42,489 nucleotides of DNA from Chloroflexota bacterium (GTDB lineage: Bacteria > Chloroflexota > Dehalococcoidia > Lucifugimonadales > Australimonadaceae), in assembly GCA_022574265.1 (NCBI GenBank), contig JACZSI010000001.1:1-42489 (forward strand), written 5' to 3'. Positions 8,270 to 18,715 of the stretch are shown here, piece after piece; the stretch's first letter is position 1, and each line of letters starts with the position of its first letter. Both the position numbers and the translations under genes were made by a program. The notes beneath the pieces are model-generated. The model was not told where the DNA came from. It ran no database searches and worked only from the letters and a program-made list of their open reading frames with translations.

Positions 8270-8740
8270 ATGTCACGGCGGCGGCGGGCCACGAAAAGGA
8301 TCATCGCACCGGACCCTCGCTACGGCAGCGTCGAGCTGGCGAGCTTCATCAACCGCGCCATGCTCAACGGCAAGAAGTCGACGGCCCAGCGCTTCGTGTA
8401 CGGCGCGCTGGACCTGGTGCGCGCGGAGACGAACCGCGAGCCGCTGGAGGTCTTCGAGCAGGCGGTGCGCAACGTGACGCCGAGCGTCGAGGTCAAGCCA
8501 CGCCGGGTCGGCGGTGCGACGTACCAGGTGCCCGTCGAGGTCAGCGGCACCCGGCGGATCGCGCTGGCGATGCGCTGGCTGATCCGGGCGGCCCGCGCCC
8601 GCGTCGGCCAGCCGATGCGCTCGCGGCTGGCCCAGGAGCTGATGGACGCTTCGCGCGGCCAGGGCGCGGCTGCCCGGCGCCGCGAGGAGCTGCACCGCGT
8701 GGCGGAGGCGAACCGTGCCTTCGCGCACTACCGCTGGTAA
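8270..8740 (+). CDS. rpsG: 30S ribosomal protein uS7
   Basis: [20 protein letters not shown]...[19 protein letters not shown]...RAFAHYRW. Confidence 0.95.
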   Translation: MSRRRRATKRIIAPDPRYGSVELASFINRAMLNGKKSTAQRFVYGALDLVRAETNREPLEVFEQAVRNVTPSVEVKPRRVGGATYQVPVEVSGTRRIALAMRWLIRAARARVGQPMRSRLAQELMDASRGQGAAARRREELHRVAEANRAFAHYRW

Positions 8741-8765
8741 GAGAGATAGGACCGGATAGACCAAG

Positions 8766-10844
8766 ATGGCAACCGCTTCCGCAACGGACCTCCGCAGGGT
8801 CCGCAACATAGGCTTCATCGCCCACATCGATGCCGGCAAAACGACCGTCACCGAGCGGGTGCTCTTCTTCACGGGCCGGACGTACAAGATGGGCGAGGTC
8901 CACGATGGGACCGCCGTCATGGACTGGATGCCGCAGGAGAAGGAGCGGGGGATCACCATCACCGCCGCGGCCACGCGAGCGGAATGGGCGGGCCATCAGA
9001 TCAACATCATCGACACCCCCGGCCACGTGGACTTCACGGCCGAGGTGGAGCGGAGCCTCCGCGTTCTGGACGGAGGCGTCGTCGTCTTCGACGCGGTCGC
9101 GGGCGTGCAGCCGCAGTCGGAGACGGTCTGGCGGCAGGCGGACCGCTACGGGGTCCCGCGCATCTGCTTCGTCAACAAGATGGACCGCATCCGCGCCGAC
9201 TTCGACAAGACCGTGGACTCGATCCGCCACCGGCTCCACGCGGTGCCCATCCCCGTCCAGTACCCCATCGGCTCCGAGGACACCTTCCGTGGCGTCGTCG
9301 ACCTCGTCGAGGAGAAGGCCTGGTTCTTCGACCGGTCCGGCGACCCCGGGGAGATGAGCGAAGGGCCCATCCCACCCGAGATGGCCGAGCGCATCGCCAG
9401 CGTCCGCGACGAGATGATCGAGCGCGTCGCCGAGAACGACGATGTGCTGCTCGAGAAGTACCTCGCCGGCGAGGTGCCCACGGCCGGCGAGATCAAGTCG
9501 GCGCTGCGGCGCGCCACCATCGCGAACCACGCGGTGCCCGTGATCTGCGGCGCCGCGCTCCAGAGCCTCGGCGTTCAGCTGATGCTCGACGCCGTCATCG
9601 ACTACCTCCCCTCGCCGCTCGACGTCCCTCCGCTGGTCGGCCTCCACCCGACGACAGGCGCGGAGGAGGCGCGCGCGCCGGACCTCGACGCGCCCTTCGC
9701 GGCCCTCGCGTTCAAGGTGGTCACCGACCCCTTCGTGGGGCGGCTGGTCTACTTCCGGGTGTACTCCGGGAAGATCACCACGGGCTCATCCGTCTACAAC
9801 GCCAGCAAGGGCGTGCGGGAGCGGATGGGCCGCATCATGCTGATGCACGCCAACTCCCGCGAGGAGGTCGAGAGCATCGGCGCGGGCGAGATCGCCGCCG
9901 CCATCGGGCTCAAGAGCACCTTCACGGGCGAGACGATCTGCGATGAGCGGGCGCCCGTCGTGCTCGAGGCGATCAGCTTCGCCGAGCCGGTCATCTCCGT
10001 CGCCATCGAGCCGCAGAGCCGTGCCGATCAGGACAAGCTCTCCACCGCGCTCATCAAGCTGGCGGAGGAGGACCCGACGTTCCAGGTCCGCCACGACAAC
10101 GAGACGGGCCAGACGATCATGTCGGGCATGGGCGAGCTGCACCTGGAGATACTGGTCGACCGCATGCGGCGCGAGTTCAACGTCGTCGCCGCCGTCGGCA
10201 AGCCGCAGGTCGCCTACCGCGAAGCCATCACGAAGCCCGCGCGCGGCGAGGGGCGTTTCGTGCGGCAGACCGGCGGCCACGGTCAGTACGGCCACGCCGT
10301 CGTCGAGATCGAGCCGCTTCCGGCCGGGTCGGCGTTCGAGTTCGAGAACAAGATCCGCGGCGCCACCATCCCGCGGGAGTTCATCCCCGCTATCAAGGCG
10401 GGCGCTCAGGAAGCGCTGCAGACCGGCACGGTTGCCGGCTACCCGGTGATGGCCGTGAAAGTGACGCTGGTCGACGGCTCCTTCCACGCGGTCGACTCGT
10501 CGGAGATGGCCTTCCGGATCGCTGGCTCCATGGCGCTCAAGGACGCGCTGCGCCGCGCGGGCTCGGTCCTGCTGGAGCCGGTCATGAAGATCCAGATCAT
10601 CACGCCTGGCGAGTACCTGGGCGCGGTGCTCGCCGACTTGAGCAGCCGCCGCGGCCGCATCCGCTCGACCGAGGGCGAGGGCGGCACGCAGGTCGTCGAG
10701 GCGGATGTGCCGCTGGAGGAGATGTTCGGCTACGCGACGGACCTGCGCTCGGCGTCGCAGGGGCGGGCCAACCACTCCATGGAATTCGGACGCTACGAGC
10801 GGGCGCCTTCCACCAAGGTGGAAGCCCTGGCCCAGAGCGCGTGA
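8766..10844 (+). CDS. fusA: translation elongation factor G
   Basis: 692 aa. [32 protein letters not shown] and NKMDR are the GTPase motifs G1, G3 and G4, and EF-G domains II-V follow. Confidence 0.95.
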   Translation: MATASATDLRRVRNIGFIAHIDAGKTTVTERVLFFTGRTYKMGEVHDGTAVMDWMPQEKERGITITAAATRAEWAGHQINIIDTPGHVDFTAEVERSLRVLDGGVVVFDAVAGVQPQSETVWRQADRYGVPRICFVNKMDRIRADFDKTVDSIRHRLHAVPIPVQYPIGSEDTFRGVVDLVEEKAWFFDRSGDPGEMSEGPIPPEMAERIASVRDEMIERVAENDDVLLEKYLAGEVPTAGEIKSALRRATIANHAVPVICGAALQSLGVQLMLDAVIDYLPSPLDVPPLVGLHPTTGAEEARAPDLDAPFAALAFKVVTDPFVGRLVYFRVYSGKITTGSSVYNASKGVRERMGRIMLMHANSREEVESIGAGEIAAAIGLKSTFTGETICDERAPVVLEAISFAEPVISVAIEPQSRADQDKLSTALIKLAEEDPTFQVRHDNETGQTIMSGMGELHLEILVDRMRREFNVVAAVGKPQVAYREAITKPARGEGRFVRQTGGHGQYGHAVVEIEPLPAGSAFEFENKIRGATIPREFIPAIKAGAQEALQTGTVAGYPVMAVKVTLVDGSFHAVDSSEMAFRIAGSMALKDALRRAGSVLLEPVMKIQIITPGEYLGAVLADLSSRRGRIRSTEGEGGTQVVEADVPLEEMFGYATDLRSASQGRANHSMEFGRYERAPSTKVEALAQSA

Positions 10845-10857
10845 GGAGCACGAGGAT

Positions 10858-11205
10858 ATGGTAGAAGCAGCGGGCAAGGGCAAGGCTGGAGCCGCCCCGA
10901 CGACGGAGAAGATCCGCATCGTGCTGCGCGCCTTCGATCACAAGCTCCTGGACCAGTCGTCCTTGCAGATCGTCGAGGCGGCCGAGCGCACCGGCGCCAA
11001 CGTCATCGGCCCCATACCGCTGCCCACGCGCATCAAGCGCTTCTGCGTGATCCGATCGCCGCACGTGGACAAGGACTCGCGCGAGCACTTCGAGATACGC
11101 ACGCACAAGCGGCTCGTGGACATCCTGGACCCGAACCCCAAGACCATCGACTCGCTCACCCGGCTCCAGATGCCGGCGGGCGTCGACATCTCGATCAAGC
11201 TGTAG
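10858..11205 (+). CDS. rpsJ: 30S ribosomal protein uS10
   Basis: The ATG at 10858 lies inside ORF 10705-11205, with GAGGA upstream. [16 protein letters not shown]...[36 protein letters not shown]. Confidence 0.95.
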   Translation: MVEAAGKGKAGAAPTTEKIRIVLRAFDHKLLDQSSLQIVEAAERTGANVIGPIPLPTRIKRFCVIRSPHVDKDSREHFEIRTHKRLVDILDPNPKTIDSLTRLQMPAGVDISIKL

Positions 11206-11209
11206 GCGC

Positions 11210-12064
11210 ATGCTCTCAGGACTCATCGGCAGAAAGATAGGCATGACGCACTTCTTCGGCGCGGAGAGCCAGGTCGTGCCCGTCACCGTGTTGGAAGTCG
11301 GCCCGTGCGTCGTCACGCAGGTGCGGACAGCCACTCGGGATAAGTACGACGCCGTCCAGATCGGGTTCGGGCGGGCCAAGGCGCTCAACCAGCCCGCCAG
11401 CGGACATCTCAAGGCCTCCGGCGCGCAGGTCAAGCACCTCCGGGAGTTCCGAGCGGACGACGTCTCGGCGTTCAGCGTCGGCCAGACGCTCAACGTCACG
11501 CAGTTCCAAGAGGGCGACCTGGTCGACGTCACCTCGACGACGAAGGGCCGCGGCTTCCAGGGCGTGATGAAGCGCCACGGCTTCGCGGGAGGCAAGCGGT
11601 CGCATGGACAGAAGGACCGCGACCGCGCTCCCGGCTCCATCGGCGCCGGCACCTTCCCCGGCCGGGTCGTGAAGGGCAAGCGGATGCCGGGGCATATGGG
11701 CAACCGGCGCGTGACGGCCCGCAAGCTGCGCGTGGAGAAAGTCGACGGCGATCGGAACCTCCTGATGGTGCGCGGCGCCGTCCCCGGCGCACGCAGCACG
11801 CTCGTCACCGTCTCCTATACCCGGGGCGTGCCGCTCGCGGAGCGCGTGTCCCCCGAGGAGCTCGTGGCCGCCGAGGAGCCGCAGGTCGAGGAGACCGCGA
11901 CGGCTGAGGCCGAAGAGGCCGTCGTCGAGGAGACGCCGGCTGAGGAGCCAACCGCCGAGGCTGAAGAGCCCGCCGTTGACGAGACGCCGGCTGAAGAGCC
12001 AACCGCCGAGGCCGAAGAGCCCGCTACCGACGAGACACCGGCTGAGGACGAGGGGAAGAAGTAG
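11210..12064 (+). CDS. rplC: 50S ribosomal protein uL3 with an acidic repeat tail of about 75 aa
   Basis: [16 protein letters not shown]...[18 protein letters not shown]. The core ends near aa 205, and an A/E/P/T repeat tail follows. Confidence 0.93.
   Translation: MLSGLIGRKIGMTHFFGAESQVVPVTVLEVGPCVVTQVRTATRDKYDAVQIGFGRAKALNQPASGHLKASGAQVKHLREFRADDVSAFSVGQTLNVTQFQEGDLVDVTSTTKGRGFQGVMKRHGFAGGKRSHGQKDRDRAPGSIGAGTFPGRVVKGKRMPGHMGNRRVTARKLRVEKVDGDRNLLMVRGAVPGARSTLVTVSYTRGVPLAERVSPEELVAAEEPQVEETATAEAEEAVVEETPAEEPTAEAEEPAVDETPAEEPTAEAEEPATDETPAEDEGKK
11930..12049 (+). repeat. in-frame 51-bp tandem repeat (about 2.4 copies) encoding [15 protein letters not shown](V/T)D in the uL3 tail
   Basis: Units 11930-11980 and 11981-12031 are nearly identical, and a partial third unit follows. 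Confidence 0.8.
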
Positions 12065-12066
12065 CG

Positions 12067-12741
12067 ATGCAGCTCCCCGTCTACGACATCACCGGCAAGG
12101 CCGTTGGGAAGGCCGAGGTCTCCGACGCCGTCTTCGGCGTGCCGGTGAACCAGGACCTGCTCCACCAGGCGCTCGTCTACCACCAGGCGAACCAGCGCCA
12201 GGGGTCGAGCAACACGCTGACGCGCGGGAACGTCTCCGGCGGCGGCCGCAAGCCCTTCCGGCAGAAGGGGACCGGCCGCGCGCGCCAGGGGACGATCCGG
12301 GCGCCGCACATGCGCGGTGGCGGGGTCGTCTTCGGGCCGCACCCGCGCTCTTACCGCAAGCGTATGCCGCGCCGGATGCGCCGGAGCGCCATCCGCATGG
12401 CGCTCTCCGCCAAGGTGGTGGCGGAGCGCATGCTCATCGTCCAGAACCTCGAGGGCATCGAACCGAAGACGAAGGTGATGGCGGCTCTGCTCGCCGCGCT
12501 TGGCGTCTCCGGCTCCACGCTCGTCGTCATGCGGGACGCGGCGCCCGAGGCCGCGCGCGCCGTCCGCAACCTGCCGCGGACCAAGGCGATGCGCGCTGAT
12601 CTGCTCAACGTGCTTGACCTGCTCCGCTATGGCACCCTCGTCATCACGCCGGACGCGGTCCAGCGTGCGGAGGAGCTGTGGTCGCACACCGAGCGTCTGC
12701 GTCCGAGCACGGGACTTGAGGAGGTGGCCAAGGTCGCTTGA
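12067..12741 (+). CDS. rplD: 50S ribosomal protein uL4
   Basis: [24 protein letters not shown]...[34 protein letters not shown]. Confidence 0.95.
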   Translation: MQLPVYDITGKAVGKAEVSDAVFGVPVNQDLLHQALVYHQANQRQGSSNTLTRGNVSGGGRKPFRQKGTGRARQGTIRAPHMRGGGVVFGPHPRSYRKRMPRRMRRSAIRMALSAKVVAERMLIVQNLEGIEPKTKVMAALLAALGVSGSTLVVMRDAAPEAARAVRNLPRTKAMRADLLNVLDLLRYGTLVITPDAVQRAEELWSHTERLRPSTGLEEVAKVA

Positions 12742-12758
12742 GCGGCCGGAGGCGAGTC

Positions 12759-13046
12759 ATGCACGTGCTGAGCGTTCTCAAAAGACCCATCATCACGGAG
12801 AAGTCGACGCTGCTCCAGGAGCGGAATAAGTACGTCTTCGAGGTTCTGCCGCGCGCGAACAAGCCGCAGATCCGGGAGGCGGTGGAGCGCGCGTTCGAGG
12901 TGAGCGTGATCAAGGTGAACATCGTGACGACGCCTGGGGAGCGCCGCCGCCTGCGCACCGGCCGGTGGCTCGTCCGCAGACCGACCAAAAAAGCGGTGGT
13001 GACGCTCAAACCGGGCGATGCCATCCAGCTGTTCGAGGGCGCGTAG
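12759..13046 (+). CDS. rplW: 50S ribosomal protein uL23
   Basis: The ATG at 12759 is preceded by GGAGG (12748-12752); the track start 12738 is a [27 protein letters not shown]....[15 protein letters not shown]. Confidence 0.93.
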   Translation: MHVLSVLKRPIITEKSTLLQERNKYVFEVLPRANKPQIREAVERAFEVSVIKVNIVTTPGERRRLRTGRWLVRRPTKKAVVTLKPGDAIQLFEGA

Positions 13047-13047
13047 C

Positions 13048-13878
13048 ATGCCGCTCAAGCGTCTTCGACCCACCAGCCCCGGCGTCCGAGCCGCGGTGCG
13101 CCCCGACTTCTCGGAGCTCACCGTCCGTTCGCCCTACAAGCCGCTGACCGTCGGGAAGCACCGCACGGGCGGGCGCAACTTCCGTGGCAAGATCACCGTC
13201 CGCCACCGCGGCGGCGGCGCCAAGCGCTCCTGGCGCGACATCGACTTCAAGCGCGACAAGCTGGGCATCCCCTGCCGTGTCGAGACCATCGAGTACGACC
13301 CGAACCGCTCGGCCCGCATCGCCCTCCTGCTTTATGCCGACGGTGCGCGGCGCTACATCCTCGCGCCAGCGGGGGTGGGGGTGGGCGACGAGCTCATGTC
13401 GGGGCCCGATGCGGAGATCCGCGTCGGCAACGCGCTGCCGCTCGCCTCGATCCCGACGGGCACGCAGGTCCACAACATCGAGCTGCACCCCGGACGCGGC
13501 GGTCAGATGTGCCGTGGCGCCGGGACCGGAGCCCAGCTGCTTGCACGCGATGGCGAGTATGCGATGCTGCGGCTCCCGTCCGGCCAGATCCGGCGGGTGC
13601 CGAGCACGTGTGTCGCCACGATCGGCCAGGTCGGCAACCAGGAGCATAAGAACGAGTCGCTCGGCAAGGCGGGGCGCAACCGGCACCTCGGGAAGCGGCC
13701 GACGGTCCGCGGCTCGGCGATGTCGCCCCGCGACCATCCCCACGGCGGAGGCGAGGGCCGCTCGGGCATCGGCATGAAGCATCCCAAGACCCCGTGGGGC
13801 AAGCCCGCGCTCGGGCCGAGGACGCGGCGGCGCATCCACACCGACGTCTTCATGGTGCGTGACAGGAGGGCTCGCTGA
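13048..13878 (+). CDS. rplB: 50S ribosomal protein uL2
   Basis: The ATG at 13048 lies inside ORF 13018-13878. [14 protein letters not shown]...GGGAKR.WR.IDFKR...[18 protein letters not shown]. Confidence 0.95.
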   Translation: MPLKRLRPTSPGVRAAVRPDFSELTVRSPYKPLTVGKHRTGGRNFRGKITVRHRGGGAKRSWRDIDFKRDKLGIPCRVETIEYDPNRSARIALLLYADGARRYILAPAGVGVGDELMSGPDAEIRVGNALPLASIPTGTQVHNIELHPGRGGQMCRGAGTGAQLLARDGEYAMLRLPSGQIRRVPSTCVATIGQVGNQEHKNESLGKAGRNRHLGKRPTVRGSAMSPRDHPHGGGEGRSGIGMKHPKTPWGKPALGPRTRRRIHTDVFMVRDRRAR

Positions 13879-14168
13879 TGTCGCGTTCCGTCAAGAAGGG
13901 CCCCTTCGTCCACCCGAAGCTGGCGCGCAAGGTCGAGCGGGCGCAGAACATGGAGAGCAAGGTCGTGATCACGACGTGGTCGCGGGCGTCGACCATCATG
14001 CCGAACATGCTTGGGATGACCATCGCCGTCCACGACGGCCGGCGTCACATCCCGGTCTTCATCACGGAGAACATGGTGGGGCACAAGCTTGGTGAGTTCT
14101 CCCCGACCCGGACGTTCCGGGGGCACGCATCGCGCTCGGAGCGCTCGTCCGCGGTGAGGCGCACTTGA
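13878..14168 (+). CDS. rpsS: 30S ribosomal protein uS19
   Basis: [15 protein letters not shown]...[35 protein letters not shown]. The start overlaps the rplB stop (TGATG). Confidence 0.95.
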   Translation: MSRSVKKGPFVHPKLARKVERAQNMESKVVITTWSRASTIMPNMLGMTIAVHDGRRHIPVFITENMVGHKLGEFSPTRTFRGHASRSERSSAVRRT

Positions 14169-14506
14169 TGGCGGTCAAAGCGGTCGGCAAGCAGGTGGGT
14201 ATCTCCGCGAAGCGGTTGCGGCCGTTGCTCAACGCGCTGCGCGGGAGGCCCGTGCAGGAGGCGCTCGAGACGCTGCGCTTCCAGCCAGGGCCGACCGCGG
14301 AGTCGGTCGCGGCGGTGCTGCGCTCGGCTGCCGCCAACGCCGAGAACAACGACCGGCTTGACCCGACCCGCCTCCGGATCGTGGGTGCCTTCGCCGACCA
14401 GGCGGTCCGCCTGCGGCGGTTCCGGGCGCGCTCACGAGGCCGTTCCGGACGCGTGATGCGGCCCGCGAGCCACATCACGATCCTGGTCGACGAGCGGGGG
14501 CAGTAG
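14168..14506 (+). CDS. rplV: 50S ribosomal protein uL22
   Basis: The ATG at 14168 overlaps the rpsS stop; the track start 14165 is a [30 protein letters not shown]. Confidence 0.93.
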   Translation: MAVKAVGKQVGISAKRLRPLLNALRGRPVQEALETLRFQPGPTAESVAAVLRSAAANAENNDRLDPTRLRIVGAFADQAVRLRRFRARSRGRSGRVMRPASHITILVDERGQ

Positions 14507-14514
14507 GAGCAGCC

Positions 14515-15288
14515 GTGGGCCACAAGACACATCCGATCGGCTTCCGCCTGGGCATCATCCGGGACTGGCAGTCCCGCTGGTTCGCCGGCACGTCGAAGTC
14601 GTACGCCGCGCAGGTGCTCGAGGACTGGAAGATCCGTGAGACCATCCGGAAGCGGTACGTCGACGCGGGCATCTCGCTGGTCGAGATCGAGCGGACCTCG
14701 CAGGACCTGACCGTCAATGTGCATACCGCGCGCCCCGGCATCGTGATCGGCCGCGGCGGCACGCGCGTGGACGAGCTCCGCAAGGCCGTCGAGACGGCGG
14801 CGGGCGGCAAGCGCGTGCGGCTCAACGTGCTGGAGATACGCCAGCCGGAGCTCGACGCCTTCTTGGTCGCCCGCAGCGTCGCCGACCAGCTCGAGCGCCG
14901 CGTCATGTTCCGGCGGGCGACGCGCCAGGCCGTCCAGCGGACGATGCAAGCCGGGGCACTCGGGGTCAAGGTCATGATCTCGGGACGGCTCGGCGGCGCG
15001 GAGATCGCCCGGCGCGAGAAGGTGATGGAGGGCCGCGTGCCGCTCCACACGCTGCGCGCCGACATCGACTACGGACTCGCCGAGGCGCGCACGAGCATGG
15101 GCCGCATCGGGGTGAAGGTCTGGATCTATCGCGGCGACATCCTCCCGGAGCGCAAGACCGAGGAGGAGCCGCTGGTGCCGCTGCCGCCAGCCGATGCGCC
15201 GCCGGCCGCGCCCGCTGCGGCCGTGGAAGCGCCTGCGGCCGCGGCTCCCGCCGAAGCGCCGGCCGCGCCCGTCGCGGAGCCCGTCTGA
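14515..15288 (+). CDS. rpsC: 30S ribosomal protein uS3; its Ala/Pro/Glu tail is cut short by an in-repeat TGA
   Basis: GTG start with AGGAG upstream. [24 protein letters not shown]...[12 protein letters not shown]. The stop at 15286-15288 lies inside a 45-bp tandem repeat (see the next feature). Confidence 0.9.
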   Translation: MGHKTHPIGFRLGIIRDWQSRWFAGTSKSYAAQVLEDWKIRETIRKRYVDAGISLVEIERTSQDLTVNVHTARPGIVIGRGGTRVDELRKAVETAAGGKRVRLNVLEIRQPELDAFLVARSVADQLERRVMFRRATRQAVQRTMQAGALGVKVMISGRLGGAEIARREKVMEGRVPLHTLRADIDYGLAEARTSMGRIGVKVWIYRGDILPERKTEEEPLVPLPPADAPPAAPAAAVEAPAAAAPAEAPAAPVAEPV

Positions 15289-15604
15289 GGAAGCGCCAGC
15301 CGACGAGGCCGCCGTCGCGGAGCCCGTCGCTGAGGAAGCACCAGCCGCCGAGGCCGCCGTCGCGGAGCCCGCCGCTGAGGAAGCGCCGGCCGACGAGGCC
15401 GTCGCCGCCGAGCCGGCCTTGGACGAGCCGCCGCCGAAGGCTGCGCCCGTGCGCAAGACGACCGCCGCCGCGAAGCCCAAGGCGAAGACAGCGGCCAAGC
15501 CCAAGGCCGCTGCCAAGCCGAAGGCCCCGGCGAAGCCTAAGGCCAAGGCTGAGGCCGCCGCGGAAGCGACCGAGGAAGCTGGGGAGAACGATGCTTCAGC
15601 CTAA
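15287..15604 (+). other. +1-frame continuation of the uS3 tail (acidic AEP repeats, then a basic AKP-rich segment), ending 11 nt inside rplP
   Basis: There are three units of GTCGCGGAGCCCG(T/C)C-GCTGAGGAAGC.CC.GCCG.CGAGGCCGCC. The first unit (15271-15313) is 43 nt and the second (15314-15358) is 45 nt. The first lacks GC between 15285 and 15286, which creates the TGA. The open frame then reads [32 protein letters not shown]...[45 protein letters not shown]. It is the same frame as track ORF 15194-15604. Confidence 0.6.
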
Positions 15605-16016
15605 GCGGACGAAGTACCGCAAGATGCACCGGGGCCGCATGAAGGGACTCGCCGCCCGTGGCAACACCGTCGCCTTCGGCGAATACGGCCTGAAGTCGCT
15701 TGAGCCGGCGTGGGTCACCGCGCGCCAGATCGAGGCGGGCCGCCGCGCCATCACGAGGCACCTCCATCGCGGCGGCCAGGTCTGGATCCGCGTGTTCCCG
15801 GACCGGCCCTACACGCACAAGCCCGCCGAGACGCGCCAAGGCGGCGGCAAGGGACCCGTGGAGGCATGGGTCGCGGTGGTGAAGCCCGGCCGCGTGCTGT
15901 TCGAGGTCGGCGGCGTCCCCGGAGACCTGGCGAGATCGGCCCTCGCGAGAGCCGCCCAGAAGCTGCCCGTCCAGACCAAGACGGTCAGTCGAGAGGAGAA
16001 GCTAACCGTCGGTTAG
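15591..16016 (+). CDS. rplP: 50S ribosomal protein uL16
   Basis: [30 protein letters not shown]. Confidence 0.95.
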   Translation: MLQPKRTKYRKMHRGRMKGLAARGNTVAFGEYGLKSLEPAWVTARQIEAGRRAITRHLHRGGQVWIRVFPDRPYTHKPAETRQGGGKGPVEAWVAVVKPGRVLFEVGGVPGDLARSALARAAQKLPVQTKTVSREEKLTVG

Positions 16017-16028
16017 ACGGTAGGTGAT

Positions 16029-16238
16029 ATGGCAGGAAAGATCGAAGAGATACGAGTCCTCTCGGTGGAGCGCCTCAAGGAAGAGGAGAATTCGACGCGC
16101 CTCGAGCTCTTGAACCTGCGGTTCAAGGTGGCGACGCGGCAGCTCTCGGACCACAGCACGCTGCGCGCCGGCCGCCACCAGCTCGCCCGCATCCTGACCG
16201 TTTTGCGCGAGCGCGAGCTGGTAGGGGGTGCCGAATGA
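16029..16238 (+). CDS. rpmC: 50S ribosomal protein uL29
   Basis: 69 aa. [33 protein letters not shown], in the conserved position between rplP and rpsQ. Confidence 0.9.
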   Translation: MAGKIEEIRVLSVERLKEEENSTRLELLNLRFKVATRQLSDHSTLRAGRHQLARILTVLRERELVGGAE

Positions 16239-17044
16239 GCGAGCGAGCCCCACGCAAGGCGCAGACGGGCCGGGTCGTGAGCGACCGCATGGACAAGACC
16301 GTGGTCGTGGCGGTCGAGCGGCGCGTGCGCCACCGGCTGTACAAGAAGTCGATCAAGCACGTTAGCAAGTTCATGGTGCACGACGAGACCAACGAGTACC
16401 GGTTGGGCGACCTCGTGCGTATCGTCGAGACGCGGCCGCTCTCGCGGACCAAGCGCTGGCGCGTCGCCGAGCTGCTCGGGCGGGCTGACGTCCCCGACGT
16501 CGCCGCCGCGATCGCCGCCGACGTCCCCGAGCCGGAGATCGAGCCTGCGGTCGAGGAGGCCGTGGCCGAAGAGCCCGCCGCCGAGGCCGAGCCTGCGGTC
16601 GAAGAGGCCGTCGCCGAAGAGGCCGTCGCCGAAGAGCCGGCCGCCGAGGCCGAGCCTGAAGCCGAAGAGGCCGTAGCCGAAGAGCCCGCCGCCGAGGCCG
16701 AGCCTGCGGTCGAAGAGGCTGCGGTCGAGGAGCCGGTTGCCGAGGCCGAGCCCGTGGCCGAAGAGGCCGTAGCCGAAGAGCCCGCCGCTGAGGCGGAGCC
16801 TGCCGTTGAGGAGGCCGTGGCCGAAGAGCCGGCCGCTGAGGCGGAGCCCGCTGTTGAGGAGGCCGTGGCCGAAGAGGCTGCGGCCGAAGAGCCGGACGCC
16901 GAGGCGACGGCAGCGCCGCGCAAGCGCACCCGTGCGGCCCCCAAGGCGAAGGCGGAAGCCGACGCTCCGGCCGCGGAGGCCGACGCTCCCGCGGAGCCGG
17001 AGGAAGCGTCTGGCGACGATGCCGAGAAGGAGGCGAAGTCGTGA
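16235..17044 (+). CDS. rpsQ: 30S ribosomal protein uS17 with a repeat tail of about 180 aa
   Basis: ATGA overlap with rpmC. The core is [70 protein letters not shown]. Seven [16 protein letters not shown]-type units follow, then a mixed basic/acidic end. Confidence 0.93.
   Translation: MSERAPRKAQTGRVVSDRMDKTVVVAVERRVRHRLYKKSIKHVSKFMVHDETNEYRLGDLVRIVETRPLSRTKRWRVAELLGRADVPDVAAAIAADVPEPEIEPAVEEAVAEEPAAEAEPAVEEAVAEEAVAEEPAAEAEPEAEEAVAEEPAAEAEPAVEEAAVEEPVAEAEPVAEEAVAEEPAAEAEPAVEEAVAEEPAAEAEPAVEEAVAEEAAAEEPDAEATAAPRKRTRAAPKAKAEADAPAAEADAPAEPEEASGDDAEKEAKS
16541..16905 (+). repeat. in-frame 48-bp tandem repeat (about 7 units, two of them with a 15-bp insertion) in the uS17 tail
   Basis: GAGCCTGCGGTCGA(G/A)GAGGCCGT(G/C)GCCGAAGAGCC.GCCGC.GAGGC. 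is reiterated. Confidence 0.8.
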
Positions 17045-17412
17045 TCCAGCCGCAGACGCGCCTCGTCGTGGCCGACAACTCCGGCGCCAAGCAGATCCAG
17101 TGCTTCAACATCCCCGGCGGCACGCACCGGCGCTACGCCCGCGTGGGCGACATCATCGTCGCCTCGGTCAAGCAGGCGCAGCCGAACAGCGCGGTCAAGA
17201 AGGGCGAGGTCGTCCGCGCGGTCGTCGTGCGGACCACCTCCGTCATCAAGCGCGTCGACGGCTCGACCATCCGCTTCGACGACAACGCGGCGGTGATCCT
17301 CGCGCCCGATGAGCAGCTGCCGCGAGGCACGCGAATCTTCGGGCCCGTGGCCCGCGAGCTGCGCGAGCGCAACTTCATGCGCATCGTGTCGCTCGCGCCG
17401 GAGGTGCTCTAG
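17041..17412 (+). CDS. rplN: 50S ribosomal protein uL14
   Basis: The GTG start overlaps the rpsQ stop (GTGA). [17 protein letters not shown]...[24 protein letters not shown]. Confidence 0.95.
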   Translation: MIQPQTRLVVADNSGAKQIQCFNIPGGTHRRYARVGDIIVASVKQAQPNSAVKKGEVVRAVVVRTTSVIKRVDGSTIRFDDNAAVILAPDEQLPRGTRIFGPVARELRERNFMRIVSLAPEVL

Positions 17413-17413
17413 C

Positions 17414-17731
17414 GTGGCGGCACGGCTCAAGCGCGACGACGAGGTCTTGGTGATCGCCGGCCGCGACCGCGGTAAGCGCGGCAAGGTCCAGCGCGTGCTG
17501 GTCGATAAGGGGTCGGTGCTCGTCGAGGGCGTCAACATGGTCAAGCGCCACGTGAAAGCGGGCCAGGGCGCGCGCCAGGCGGGCATCATCGACAAGGAGA
17601 TGCCCATCGGCATGTCCAAGGTCATGCCGGTCTGCCCGTCGTGCGACAAGCCGACGCGCGTCGCGTTCAGGACGCTCGAGGACGGCACGAAGGCGAGGGT
17701 GTGCAAGCATTGCGAGGGGATGCTGTCTTGA
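17414..17731 (+). CDS. rplX: 50S ribosomal protein uL24 (KOW domain plus a C-terminal CxxC...CxxC zinc ribbon)
   Basis: GTG at 17414, 2 nt after the rplN stop; the track ORF starts too early at 17309. RLKRDDEVLVIAGRDRGKRGKV. The CPSC...CKHC motif resembles the Thermus-type L24. Confidence 0.9.
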   Translation: MAARLKRDDEVLVIAGRDRGKRGKVQRVLVDKGSVLVEGVNMVKRHVKAGQGARQAGIIDKEMPIGMSKVMPVCPSCDKPTRVAFRTLEDGTKARVCKHCEGMLS

Positions 17732-18495
17732 CGACGGACACGAACAACGAGCCCGCGCCCGAGCCCACGGCCGAGGAGCCGAAGGCGGCGAGCGAGAAGC
17801 CGAAGCGGTCGTCCGCCAAGGCCCCGGCGCGCGCGAAGAAGCCCGCAGCGGCGAAGGCTGCACCGACGGCCGCGAGCACAAAGACGCCGGCAACGGCGGC
17901 TGCGCCGCCCAAGCGCGTCAAGCGGACCGTCGAGGTGCGGCCGCTGCCCCGGCTGATGGCCCGCTACCGTGATGAGATCCGTGGCCAGCTCATCAACGAG
18001 TTCGGCTACACGAGCATGATGCAGGCGCCCCAGGTGACCCGGGTGGTGCTGAACATCGGCCTGGGCGAGGCGCTGACCAACGCGCGGGCCCTGGAGGTTG
18101 CTCCGGCGCACCTGGGCGTCATCAGCGGCCAGAAGGCCGTCATCACCAAGGCCCGCCTCTCCATCGCGGGCTTCAAGGTCCGGGAGGGCCAGGCCATCGG
18201 CACGATGGTGACCATGCGGGGCCGCCGGATGTACGAGTTCTTGGACCGGCTGATCAGCGTGGCGCTCCCCCGCATCCGCGACTTCCGGGGAGTCCCACGG
18301 ACGAGCTTCGACGGCAACGGCAACTTCTCGCTGGGCCTGCGCGAGCAGCTGGTCTTCCCCGAGATCGACTACGACTCCGTGGACCGCGTGCGCGGACTGC
18401 AGGTGGTGATCGTCACCTCCGCCCGCACCGACCCCGAGGGGTTCCGGCTGCTGGAGCTCATGGGCATGCCGTTCGCCCGCGCCGAGGCGGCGTAG
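17728..18495 (+). CDS. rplE: 50S ribosomal protein uL5, possibly with a basic N-terminal extension of about 75 aa
   Basis: The canonical core begins at ATG 17956 (MARYRDEIRGQLINEFGY...). The in-frame TTG at 17728 overlaps the rplX stop (TTGA). Starting there would make the otherwise anomalous 224-nt gap coding (TTDTNNEPAPEPTAEEPKAASEKPKRSSAKAPARAKKPAAAKAAP...). The start is uncertain. Confidence 0.8.
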   Translation: MTTDTNNEPAPEPTAEEPKAASEKPKRSSAKAPARAKKPAAAKAAPTAASTKTPATAAAPPKRVKRTVEVRPLPRLMARYRDEIRGQLINEFGYTSMMQAPQVTRVVLNIGLGEALTNARALEVAPAHLGVISGQKAVITKARLSIAGFKVREGQAIGTMVTMRGRRMYEFLDRLISVALPRIRDFRGVPRTSFDGNGNFSLGLREQLVFPEIDYDSVDRVRGLQVVIVTSARTDPEGFRLLELMGMPFARAEAA

Positions 18496-18516
18496 CGCGG
18501 CGTAGAAGAGGAAAAG

Positions 18517-18702
18517 GTGGCAAAGAAGAGCAAGATCGAGAAGTCGAAGCGGACGCCGGCCTTCAAGGTGCGCGCGATGAACCGCTGTGCGCGCTGCGGG
18601 AGGCCGCGTGCGTTCATCCGTCACGTGGGCATGTGCCGCATCTGCTTCCGTCAGCTCGCGTTGTTGGGCCAGCTGCCGGGCGTGCGCAAGGCCAGTTGGT
18701 AG
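18517..18702 (+). CDS. rpsN: 30S ribosomal protein uS14, zinc-binding type Z
   Basis: 61 aa with a GTG start. [40 protein letters not shown]. Confidence 0.93.
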   Translation: MAKKSKIEKSKRTPAFKVRAMNRCARCGRPRAFIRHVGMCRICFRQLALLGQLPGVRKASW

Positions 18703-18715
18703 GAGGAAGCGAACC

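Noticed and set aside
15281-15290. Programmed +1 ribosomal frameshifting at the rpsC stop, by analogy with prfB.
   Set aside because: The context CCC GUC UGA G has no slippery P-site codon that re-pairs in +1, and there is no upstream SD-like stimulator at the right spacing. A 2-nt repeat-unit deletion, or a sequencing indel, explains the pattern more simply.
16541-16905. The regularly spaced 45-51 bp repeats at 11930-12049, 15271-15400 and 16541-16905 as a possible CRISPR array.
   Set aside because: The units are contiguous with no spacers. They are in frame within ribosomal protein genes, they are not palindromic, and no cas genes are present.
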